Shown piece by piece: positions 29,267 to 37,851 of a stretch of DNA of 64,000 nucleotides. The notes below the pieces were generated by a model. It was not told the origin of the DNA, searched no databases, and was given only the letters and a program-made list of their open reading frames with translations. Each line of letters opens with the position of its first letter. Positions within the stretch are counted from its first letter, which is position 1. Position numbers and translations under genes: made by a program. Source of the DNA: a virus; IMG/VR virus record IMGVR_UViG_3300028563_000016, positions 11,724 to 75,723 of that record; one strand, 5' to 3'.

Positions 29267-29283
29267 TGTGGTAAAATATTCTT

Positions 29284-30831
29284 GTGAATATAACAATTGA
29301 CGATTGGAAACAGCATTTTCCATATGACAACATTCGTCCTCAACAGGAGGATGCAATTAATTTTGTTCTTGATGCATTTTTGAACAAAAAAAAGAAATTT
29401 TGTGTGTTGGAATGTGCCGTTGGTGTAGGAAAGTCAGCAATTGGAATAACGGTTGCAAGATTTCTGCGTGCAAGTACACATTTGAAAGTTAATTATGCGC
29501 TTGGTTCATACGTTTTGAGCACGCAAAAAGTCTTGGTGTCACAGTATACACGAGACTTTGGACCCAAGAATAGAAATCTAATTAGAGAAATATCGTCCGC
29601 GAGCAATTTTACGTGTGCTCACAATCCTACACAAAAATGCAGTGAAAGCAAACGTATTTTAAAAGCTCTTAAAGAAAAGTTACAAGGGACTGAATTTTAC
29701 AATACGTGTAAAAATAGGTGTCCATATACACTTGCAAAACAAGATTTTTTAAATGCTGACATTGGTGTGACGAACTTTTCGTATTTTCTTGCAGAAACAA
29801 AGTATGCGCATCAACTTGAACCCAGATCGTTAGTCATCGTGGATGAATGTCATTCGCTCGAGAATGTTTTAAGCAGTTTTGTTGAAATAACGTTTTCTGA
29901 AAAGTTCGCTAAAGACGTGTTGAATTGTAAGTTTTCAAAACGTGCAGCAACACAAGAAGAAGTTTTTGATTGGGTGAAGAAAAATTATAAGCCTTCATTG
30001 AGTAGAAAAATCAAAGCGCTTGAAAAGCAAATTGAAATTGAAATTGCAGGTTCAGAAGATTTGACTGTTGAAACTGCAAATAGCAAACAATTTGAGATGC
30101 TTGATAAACACATATGTAAAATCAATCGTTTTATTGAGGCATATGAACCTGATAATTGGGTGATGAACGTAGTTGATGTGCAGGCGGGAGACAAAAAACT
30201 ACGTCGTTATGAATTCAAACCTGTTGATATATCACCGTTTTGTGAAGACTATTTGTACAAGTATGGCACTGATCACGTGTTGCTGATGTCAGCGACAATA
30301 ATGAACAAAGAAGCATATTGTCGATCAGTTGGAATCAAACCTGCTGATGCCGAATTCTACACCGCACCTTCACCGTTCCCGGTAGAAAATAGACAAATTC
30401 ACATAATTCCCGCGGGTAGCATGTCGTATCGTTGTATTGATAACACATTACCCATTCTTGCTGAAGCCGTAAAAATGTTATTAGAACGTCATAAAGACGT
30501 CAAAGGGATGATTCATTGTGTTGATAAAGATACGCTTGTGACAATGAGTAATGGATCATATAAAAAAATTGTAGACGTTAAACAAAATGATAATATTTTA
30601 ACATATAATGAAAATACTTCAAAATTTGAAAATCAATCCGTTATTGATGTTTGGGAAAATGGTATGAAAAATTGTATTGAAATTGAATTTAAAAATGGAA
30701 ATCGTGTTATATGCACACCTGAACATTTGTTTTTAACAAGAAATCGTTCTTGGGTACAAGCACAGTTTATAACTGAATATGATGACGTAATCATATTGAA
30801 ACGTCCCAATTGTGGGATAAACAACGTTTAA
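29284..30831 (+). CDS. DinG/XPD-family Fe-S helicase, N-terminal part plus split intein N-fragment
   Basis: RPQQ, GVGKS, four Cys (C..C..C..CPY), DECH, MSAT, SPF; residue 412 starts intein CVDKDTLV. Confidence 0.9.
   Translation: MNITIDDWKQHFPYDNIRPQQEDAINFVLDAFLNKKKKFCVLECAVGVGKSAIGITVARFLRASTHLKVNYALGSYVLSTQKVLVSQYTRDFGPKNRNLIREISSASNFTCAHNPTQKCSESKRILKALKEKLQGTEFYNTCKNRCPYTLAKQDFLNADIGVTNFSYFLAETKYAHQLEPRSLVIVDECHSLENVLSSFVEITFSEKFAKDVLNCKFSKRAATQEEVFDWVKKNYKPSLSRKIKALEKQIEIEIAGSEDLTVETANSKQFEMLDKHICKINRFIEAYEPDNWVMNVVDVQAGDKKLRRYEFKPVDISPFCEDYLYKYGTDHVLLMSATIMNKEAYCRSVGIKPADAEFYTAPSPFPVENRQIHIIPAGSMSYRCIDNTLPILAEAVKMLLERHKDVKGMIHCVDKDTLVTMSNGSYKKIVDVKQNDNILTYNENTSKFENQSVIDVWENGMKNCIEIEFKNGNRVICTPEHLFLTRNRSWVQAQFITEYDDVIILKRPNCGINNV
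30517..30828 (+). mobile_element. Split intein, N-fragment (104 aa)
   Basis: Block A CVDKDTLVTMSNG; block B ICTPEHLFLT (TxxH); W..A..I...D. Confidence 0.9.
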
Positions 30832-30847
30832 ATGAACTTGGAATATT

Positions 30848-30949
30848 ATGAAAATTAAGTCAAAAAAATATGTCGGATTACGATTAGTTTACGATATGAC
30901 AGTTAATAAAAATCATAATTTCATTGCAAATGAAGTTGTAGTTCATAAT
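30848..30949 (+). mobile_element. Split intein, C-fragment (34 aa)
   Basis: MKIKSKKYVGLRLVYDMTVNKNHNFIANEVVVHN then Cys+1; blocks F and G. Confidence 0.92.
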
Positions 30950-31378
30950 TGTCAAACTTACAAAATTGCAACATTCATAAAAGATTATGTAAATTCTGAT
31001 AGAATTTTGTTACATAATTCTGAAAATCGTGATGCAGTGTTAAAACAACATATGAAATCAAATAAACCAACAATTTTATTGTCTCCTTCGATGGCTGAAG
31101 GAATAGATTTGTTTGACGACAATAGTAGATTTCAAATTCTTTGCAAAATTCCATATCCGTTTTTAAAAGACAAAGTGGTGTTAAAACGAATGGAAAAAGA
31201 CAAAGAATGGTATGCATATCAGACAGCAAAGACAATAGTACAATCTTTAGGAAGATCAGTTAGAAATGAAAAAGATTTTGCGGTGAGTTATATTCTTGAT
31301 AGTGATTGGAAGCGTTTTTACGCTCAAAATAAACATATGTTTCCCACTGATTTCGTGCAACTTCTCATTGCGGAGTGA
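30848..31378 (+). CDS. Split intein C-fragment plus DinG helicase C-terminal domain
   Basis: After HN/C: SPSMAEGIDL, KIPYP, QSLGRSVRNEKD, YILD. Confidence 0.9.
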   Translation: MKIKSKKYVGLRLVYDMTVNKNHNFIANEVVVHNCQTYKIATFIKDYVNSDRILLHNSENRDAVLKQHMKSNKPTILLSPSMAEGIDLFDDNSRFQILCKIPYPFLKDKVVLKRMEKDKEWYAYQTAKTIVQSLGRSVRNEKDFAVSYILDSDWKRFYAQNKHMFPTDFVQLLIAE

Positions 31379-31731
31379 TTATGCCAAGATTAAAACACAA
31401 AGTTTTAAAGTACGATCAAGTCGAAAATGATCCCGACAATGATGATCAGGTGAGCATCATGTCAATGTGGCGTGTCGTTGAAGACACCGTTGCTGCAATT
31501 CGTCTAGATGTTGCAAAATGTGCAAATGGAAGTATAGTTGCCGGCAGACGTTCACGAGTTGGGTTACGTAATATAAAGAACGTCGTTATGATACTCATAC
31601 GTGAGACAAACAAACGAAACAAACAATCAATTAATCGTCGTCGTAAATATCGCGAAGAGAACGGCATTCAGCCGATGAATAGGGTGAAGTATCTCAAAAA
31701 GAAGTCAAAGATTAATGAGGAAAATAATTAA
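31375..31731 (+). CDS. Basic histone-H1-like (Hc1-like) protein
   Basis: DVAKCANGSIVAGRRSRVGLRNIK resembles Hc1 K...GN..AG.R.R. Confidence 0.55.
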   Translation: MIMPRLKHKVLKYDQVENDPDNDDQVSIMSMWRVVEDTVAAIRLDVAKCANGSIVAGRRSRVGLRNIKNVVMILIRETNKRNKQSINRRRKYREENGIQPMNRVKYLKKKSKINEENN

Positions 31732-31734
31732 AAC

Positions 31735-32028
31735 ATGGCAAATTTACGCACCCATCGCGCAGTGTTGGCTGACATAATTGATTTACACCTTGATCCTACA
31801 AAACCACATACAATTGTTGGTAAAGATGGAAGATTAAAAATCTCGAATTTGTGGCATGATGAATTAGTTATCACGCCGACGATTTTTACTGACGAAACAG
31901 TCGAAGCTCCAGTTACTGACGAAACAGTCGAAGCTCCAGTTACTGACGAAACAGTCGAAGCTCCAGTTACTGACGAAACAGGCGTTGTCGTAGTTGGTCG
32001 TCGTAGAAACAAGAAGACTACGAAGTAA
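31735..32028 (+). CDS. Hypothetical protein with TDETVEAPV repeats
   Basis: GAGG upstream; acidic repeat then basic tail. Confidence 0.65.
   Translation: MANLRTHRAVLADIIDLHLDPTKPHTIVGKDGRLKISNLWHDELVITPTIFTDETVEAPVTDETVEAPVTDETVEAPVTDETGVVVVGRRRNKKTTK
31886..31981 (+). repeat. 27-nt perfect in-frame tandem repeat x3.5
   Basis: TTACTGACGAAACAGTCGAAGCTCCAG at 31886, 31913, 31940, partial 31967. Confidence 0.95.
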
Positions 32029-32245
32029 TAAATTTACAAATTTTATTAATAATTTCTTTTTCTTGCTGCCCCGTGCTGATGCGATTATTTCCTATCGCTT
32101 TTCCAATGTCGTGAAGAGTGTGTGGCCCGTTGTTGACGGCAAGTATCATACAATTGTAGTTTTCAGAGAAACTGCACCATTGTTTACATGATGTATTTTT
32201 GCAAGAGACATTATTTGTTGAACAGTTTGAATAACATGTTGTCAT
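32018..32245 (-). CDS. Small Cys-rich protein with sigma-region-4-like HTH
   Basis: C..C..C..C then GPHTLHDIGKAIG..R....QQEK. Confidence 0.55.
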   Translation of the reverse strand: MTTCYSNCSTNNVSCKNTSCKQWCSFSENYNCMILAVNNGPHTLHDIGKAIGNNRISTGQQEKEIINKICKFITS

Positions 32246-32306
32246 ATGGTATAGTTAAATAATAGGATAAGTTGTGCACCGGTACAACAAAGAAAGCAGG
32301 CTCAAC

Positions 32307-33635
32307 GTGGTGAAAACGTACGTTTTAGATACTAACGTTTTACTGAGCGATGCATATGCATTGTTTGCGTTTGAAGACAACAATGTGATCATTCCAATGA
32401 TAGTGTTGGAAGAACTTGATAAATTTAAGACACGTCAGGACGATGTTGGTAAAAATGCGCGCCTTGCAAACAGATTATTAGATGAACTTAGAGAAGTAGG
32501 ATCATTGGTTGATGGCGTGAAACTTCGTTGTGGTGGAACACTTCGAGTTATTTTAACAGATAATGAAATGTTGTGTTGTTTACCTGTTGAAATGCAACAA
32601 CATCCGACCGCAGACAATTCAATAATCGCATTAGCGCTTGCGTTTAAAGATTCGCACCACATGCTAACAATGGTATCAAAAGACATTAACATGCGCATCA
32701 AGTGTGATGTGTTACGAATTAGGTGTGAAGATTATAAACACCTGCGCGTCACGGACGCGGAAGACAAATTATATACAGGCGTAAAAGTTCAAGTCGTTCC
32801 AGATGATGTTGTACAAGCATTTTATGATGACAATTTCTTAGATTTGAGTGACTATTGTTCATTATACCCAAATCAGGCTGTTGTGCTTAAGAGCGAAGAT
32901 GAACAAAAAAAGACGATTAGATCTGTGCTTGCAAAGTGTAAACCAATTGCATCATCAAAAGACGTGATTGTTCCAATTGCAAAAATTGGTGATGTGTATG
33001 GTTTACGATCAAGAAATAAGGAACAAGCGTTAGCGTTAGACATGTTATTGGATAATGACGTAAAGCTTGTGACGTTAGCGGGCAGAGCCGGCTGTGGGAA
33101 AACGTTATTGGCGTTAGCAGCCGGATTACAACAATTAAAGAAAAAATATTCTAAAATTATTGTTACACGTCCAATTCAACCATTAGGAAAAGATATCGGA
33201 TTTTTACCGGGAACCATGGAAGAAAAAATGGCGCCGTGGATCGCCCCAATTAGGGACAATATCGGATATCTGATGAGTGCAAAAAATTCAAAAAATAATT
33301 TAATGCTCGACGCTATGTTGAAAAAGGGCGAAATTGAAATTGAAGCAATTACGTACATTCGTGGTAGATCAATTCCAAATGCGTTTATTATTGTAGACGA
33401 ATGTCAGAATATTACGTTACATGAGCTTAAAACAATTTTGACTCGCGTGGGTGAAGGATCAAAGGTAGTTTTGACTGGCGACGAAAGTCAAATCGATAAC
33501 GTGAACGTTGATATGTTTTCAAATGGTCTTACGCATGTCATTGAGAAGTTCAAGGATCAACAAATTGCTGCACATATTAAATTAATTAAAGGCGAAAGAT
33601 CGCAGCTTGCAAGCCTTAGCGCTGATATCTTATGA
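32307..33635 (+). CDS. phoH: PIN-domain PhoH-family ATPase
   Basis: YVLDTNVLL, VLEELD, SKDINMRIK; GRAGCGKT, GFLPG, IRGRS, VDECQN, TRVG, GDESQID. Confidence 0.93.
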   Translation: MVKTYVLDTNVLLSDAYALFAFEDNNVIIPMIVLEELDKFKTRQDDVGKNARLANRLLDELREVGSLVDGVKLRCGGTLRVILTDNEMLCCLPVEMQQHPTADNSIIALALAFKDSHHMLTMVSKDINMRIKCDVLRIRCEDYKHLRVTDAEDKLYTGVKVQVVPDDVVQAFYDDNFLDLSDYCSLYPNQAVVLKSEDEQKKTIRSVLAKCKPIASSKDVIVPIAKIGDVYGLRSRNKEQALALDMLLDNDVKLVTLAGRAGCGKTLLALAAGLQQLKKKYSKIIVTRPIQPLGKDIGFLPGTMEEKMAPWIAPIRDNIGYLMSAKNSKNNLMLDAMLKKGEIEIEAITYIRGRSIPNAFIIVDECQNITLHELKTILTRVGEGSKVVLTGDESQIDNVNVDMFSNGLTHVIEKFKDQQIAAHIKLIKGERSQLASLSADIL

Positions 33636-34522
33636 CAGTAATTAAAATTGAGAAAAAAGAAAAAACATGTGGTCGAAATATACGATTGATGTGTGATGAA
33701 TGTAAATGTGAATTTATAAAAACATATCAAAAGGTTCAAATAGAAAAAGTGTATCATTTTTGTTCACAAAAATGTCATTATAATGCACAAAAGGATGGTC
33801 ATATATTACAACTTGCGTTTTTAACAAAATATGGTGTTTCAAATAATTTTGCTAGGCAAGACGTTGTTGAAAAAATTAAAGAAACTACGTTTGCAAATTA
33901 TGGCGTTACGAACATATCGCAAGATGAAAATATAAAACGAAAAAAAGAAGAGACGTGTTTTAAACATCACGGAGTTTTATATCCTTCACAAGATCCAATT
34001 ATACTTACAAAACAACGTCAAACGTTTTTTGAAAATAATGGAGTGACAAATTGGCATGATCTTTGTGTTAAACGTGGAACAGTATTTCATGCATACGATC
34101 ATGAAAAAATACGAATAAAAGCATTAGAAACTCGCATTACAAATTCATCATTATTTACGTCAAAAGCAGAAAAAGAATTCATTGAACGTCTTGATATATT
34201 ATTTATTGATAACGTTCATTCAAAACGCGTCAAAATGTGGCCAATTGATTGTTATGTCACATCATGTGATGTTTATGTGCAACATGATGGTGAACATTGG
34301 CACGGATTACAACAAAAATCATTAAAATATGACAAAGTATGTGAACAAGTAAAACGTGATCGTATTCAAGATGAATATTTTACAATAATGAACATGAAGT
34401 TAGTTCGTATAGCAAGTTTAATAGCAAAAAAGATATCAAATGATGAACTACGTGATTTAATCGTGAATGCAAAAGTGGGTGTCACGTACGTTTACGGTGA
34501 CGCAAAAGTTCCCGTTTTGTAG
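33632..34522 (+). CDS. Vsr/DUF559-like homing endonuclease
   Basis: CDEC/FCSQKC; KYGV repeats; SKAE, IDCY, HDGEHWHG, RDRIQD, LVRI. Confidence 0.75.
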   Translation: MTVIKIEKKEKTCGRNIRLMCDECKCEFIKTYQKVQIEKVYHFCSQKCHYNAQKDGHILQLAFLTKYGVSNNFARQDVVEKIKETTFANYGVTNISQDENIKRKKEETCFKHHGVLYPSQDPIILTKQRQTFFENNGVTNWHDLCVKRGTVFHAYDHEKIRIKALETRITNSSLFTSKAEKEFIERLDILFIDNVHSKRVKMWPIDCYVTSCDVYVQHDGEHWHGLQQKSLKYDKVCEQVKRDRIQDEYFTIMNMKLVRIASLIAKKISNDELRDLIVNAKVGVTYVYGDAKVPVL

Positions 34523-34540
34523 CACGTCATACTTATAAAT

Positions 34541-35512
34541 GTGTCAGGTATTTTAGATAATAAGACGCGTATATTAGACACTATTATCACGCAGCAAGGT
34601 CGTGAACAACTTTCAATGGGGAAGTTGAAGATACGATATGTGTCGTTCACCGATTGTCACACTTTTTATAAAGCTGATATTGTTAGCGGAACTCAAGATG
34701 CTGCTTCACGAATATATCTTGAAAGTTGTTGCTTACCACAAGATCAAATTACCTTTGAGGCAGACGATAGTGGCAAAATAATGCCATTTGGAAATTCATC
34801 AAACGTTCAAATAAGAGCAGGCCAAGCGTATCATTTTACACCTGTGACGAGCAGTTTTATTGCAGGTAATTATGCGCCTGTATTTTACACAGGTGACGAA
34901 TTCGCGTCATTAGCCGATGATTTGCTAGCATCATCAATAGATAATTTTACAAAATTACAGTTGGTTGGAACATTTGATAAAGTGTTTGACGAAGACGGGT
35001 TTGGCGTTAGTAACAATGATGTAACGTTCGTAATTAACAACAACAAACCAGTAAAATATGGTTCAGAAACAGTAAATTTAACATCACTCGACAGTTTATT
35101 TAATGATGCAAGATTTAGTAATTTAGAAAATTTTAAATTTTTGCCACCAATCAATAAAATTCAAAGCGCAATAGATAAATCTAACATTAATCAAACAAAG
35201 GATACGTGGTTAGGTCATTATAAACCTTTAGGCAGAATTCAAAATAATTCAATTACGTCAGGACAAATTGAAGGCGAACTTGCTCATTATGAGCAACAAG
35301 GTTTCGCAAGAGAGGTGTATTTTGAACCAACATCAAAAAACAACAGATTAATGTTACAGTTTTTTGAGGTTACAAATGATACAATGAAAAAACTTGACGT
35401 TGTTGATTTTGGTGTTCTTGGTAACAAGAAATATTTTTTTGTTGGAAAAATTTTTACAGATGCAAATAACGTAAACACGTTTGTTCATTTGTTTACAATG
35501 GTGTTTTCATGA
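34541..35512 (+). CDS. Putative virion (baseplate/tail) protein
   Basis: MSGILDNKTRILDTIITQQGREQL resembles N-terminus of 44291; late-type promoter. Confidence 0.55.
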   Translation: MSGILDNKTRILDTIITQQGREQLSMGKLKIRYVSFTDCHTFYKADIVSGTQDAASRIYLESCCLPQDQITFEADDSGKIMPFGNSSNVQIRAGQAYHFTPVTSSFIAGNYAPVFYTGDEFASLADDLLASSIDNFTKLQLVGTFDKVFDEDGFGVSNNDVTFVINNNKPVKYGSETVNLTSLDSLFNDARFSNLENFKFLPPINKIQSAIDKSNINQTKDTWLGHYKPLGRIQNNSITSGQIEGELAHYEQQGFAREVYFEPTSKNNRLMLQFFEVTNDTMKKLDVVDFGVLGNKKYFFVGKIFTDANNVNTFVHLFTMVFS

Positions 35513-37851
35513 CATATTACACTTACGCTAAAACAAAAATGTTAAATGTAGATAATACGTTTGCACATCTTGTTGCAATGAATGATGATACATTAACGTT
35601 TGAATTCACGTACAGCGTGTCACAAGTCGACGTCGTTGTAAACAATGCATTAGCAGTCATTGTTTACGTGTACACACAATCTGTAACACCTAGTTCGATA
35701 CAATCGATAACAAACACACGCAATGCACAACAAGTTGTTTCTTCATTACAATCATACGTGTCAGATGTTAAAAAATCAATAAATGAACAAAAACAATACA
35801 TTATAGCAACAAAAAGATCTGATATATCAGCATATGTTAATAACTCGGTATTATCAGAAATTAATTCAGGTTTTTCAAAGAATGACATATTTTTGCTTCG
35901 AAAGACAAAGTTAGCGCTGGCACAAGATACTTCTTTACCAACAATAACATTTCCACAAGATAGTGAAAAGTACACCACGAATGATGCAATGACATTTATG
36001 AAAAATCTCATTCTTGATGGAATTGATCCAACAAAAGTTTTAGATTTAACAGATTTATCAATTTCGGCACACGATAGTATTGCAGGAACATCTAAAAATG
36101 TTAAAATTGATGAATTGATGACGTTAAAGAAATTACAAGATTTTTATCTCTATTCAGACACACAACAAAAAAGTGTTAACTACGCATTAGTAAATGCTCC
36201 TGATGATACAATTGAAGTTTCAATGTATGTTGCAGTCCCTAGAAACAAAATTAGCTCATCAAAGTTATACGTTAGATTTGATTTAATCAATTCAACAACA
36301 ATGTGCATTGATACTATTACGAGAGATTTTGATGTTACAAAACATATGCAAATATTTTCAATGCCCGTAATTTCACCAACGGTTTTGTTTAAGCGATCAA
36401 CATCTGGCGAATCGCAATTAGAAATAAGACAAAATGATGAAAAGGCAAAAAGTATTAAACTTTATAAGAAAGTAATTTCGACGGTTAGTGCTGATTCAAA
36501 TAACGGCTATTCGTTTTATAATGAATATAAATTAAAAAAAGCTGAAACCATTAAAGTACCCGTTAGTGAATGTGTTAATTCATTTGCAGTTTATAGAGCA
36601 ATTTCAACAGGAGAACAAAATAATATTAGTGATACGTTTACAAACGTTGTTGTTTCACCACGATTTTACGTAAATGAAAAAAATGTTGTTATTAATACTT
36701 TACAAATTGAGAATGGTATAAAGGTTTGCATTAGCAATATTCCAAATCGTGTTGTGTCTGTTGAAATTGTAGTGAGAAATTTATCTTATCATGAGGTTAC
36801 ATACAAAAATGTTGATAAACAAGTTCATTATGTGTCAAAGCTAATGTCTGTTGCAAAAGCAGGAATAGTCAACATTGACAAAAACGTTAATAAAGGAAAT
36901 GTATATGAATATGCGGCAAAACTAACATATTCTACTGGAGAATGGGTAATTACGGGATCTTGTATAGTTGAATATATTAAGTCAGAAACTAACAAAATTT
37001 TTACAAATATTCAAAATGTTAAAATTGATTCAACAAATGTAGATGTGTCATTCGACATATCAACAAAAATATCTGATACCGACAATACGAACGTAAAAAC
37101 ATTATTGGAGGCCGCAGGAATAACACAATATGATGATATGTTAATAACAACTCGTGACGCTCTAAGCGTTTTAATAGCACACAATGTGCAACGCGTTGAT
37201 CTAACATCAGGCGTTAGATCTGATTTTGGAATAATTACGGGCAATAATTTTATTGACAGTGCATTTGCAATAAACAATTCAATTGAAAAATTGCAATCAA
37301 CACATTCATACCGTTACGAAGTAATGCCATTGTTACGATCATCAGACACATTATTTTATGATTTATTAAAATCAGCAGTTGATGTAGAAACAAAAAAATC
37401 ATTCAATTACAGTCCTGCAAAATATTTGAATCCACTCTCACTAGACAACGGAACGTTATATTCGAGCGATGGCATAAAACAACTTAATGCAAAAGATCAA
37501 ATGTCATATGGTGCGATTGGAAATGTAATTACGACAAATGTTGTTTTCAATGAGATAGTTTCAATATCTACATCGATCACGCTAGAACGCACAGATAGAT
37601 ATACAAACGTAATTAACTGGAAAGCTGCAAACGAACTATCAACAATTGATCATTTTATGATAATATTAAATAACATGAACGTCAAAACAATCGTTGGTAG
37701 AGTTCATTCACAATCTGAAAATTGTCAATTTACACACACATTAACAAAACAAAATATTGGAGCGTTACAATATGAAATAGTTCCTGTGTTTAATGATTAT
37801 AGTTTGGGTTCTTTTGTTAATACTGACACAATCTTTATAGAGGACATATGA
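35509..37851 (+). CDS. Putative virion structural protein (beta-rich)
   Basis: 780 aa, S/T/N-rich, FN3-like YEY/YRY strands; ATGA coupling. Confidence 0.55.
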   Translation: MTYYTYAKTKMLNVDNTFAHLVAMNDDTLTFEFTYSVSQVDVVVNNALAVIVYVYTQSVTPSSIQSITNTRNAQQVVSSLQSYVSDVKKSINEQKQYIIATKRSDISAYVNNSVLSEINSGFSKNDIFLLRKTKLALAQDTSLPTITFPQDSEKYTTNDAMTFMKNLILDGIDPTKVLDLTDLSISAHDSIAGTSKNVKIDELMTLKKLQDFYLYSDTQQKSVNYALVNAPDDTIEVSMYVAVPRNKISSSKLYVRFDLINSTTMCIDTITRDFDVTKHMQIFSMPVISPTVLFKRSTSGESQLEIRQNDEKAKSIKLYKKVISTVSADSNNGYSFYNEYKLKKAETIKVPVSECVNSFAVYRAISTGEQNNISDTFTNVVVSPRFYVNEKNVVINTLQIENGIKVCISNIPNRVVSVEIVVRNLSYHEVTYKNVDKQVHYVSKLMSVAKAGIVNIDKNVNKGNVYEYAAKLTYSTGEWVITGSCIVEYIKSETNKIFTNIQNVKIDSTNVDVSFDISTKISDTDNTNVKTLLEAAGITQYDDMLITTRDALSVLIAHNVQRVDLTSGVRSDFGIITGNNFIDSAFAINNSIEKLQSTHSYRYEVMPLLRSSDTLFYDLLKSAVDVETKKSFNYSPAKYLNPLSLDNGTLYSSDGIKQLNAKDQMSYGAIGNVITTNVVFNEIVSISTSITLERTDRYTNVINWKAANELSTIDHFMIILNNMNVKTIVGRVHSQSENCQFTHTLTKQNIGALQYEIVPVFNDYSLGSFVNTDTIFIEDI

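Noticed and set aside
30829-30848. Helicase break as a simple frameshift error or intron
   Set aside because: Stops block both frames, the gap is only 16 nt, and it falls at the usual intein split position.
31886-31981. 27-nt repeat as CRISPR, and antisense ORF 31728-32012
   Set aside because: No spacers; in-frame coding repeat; the antisense ORF is its mirror.
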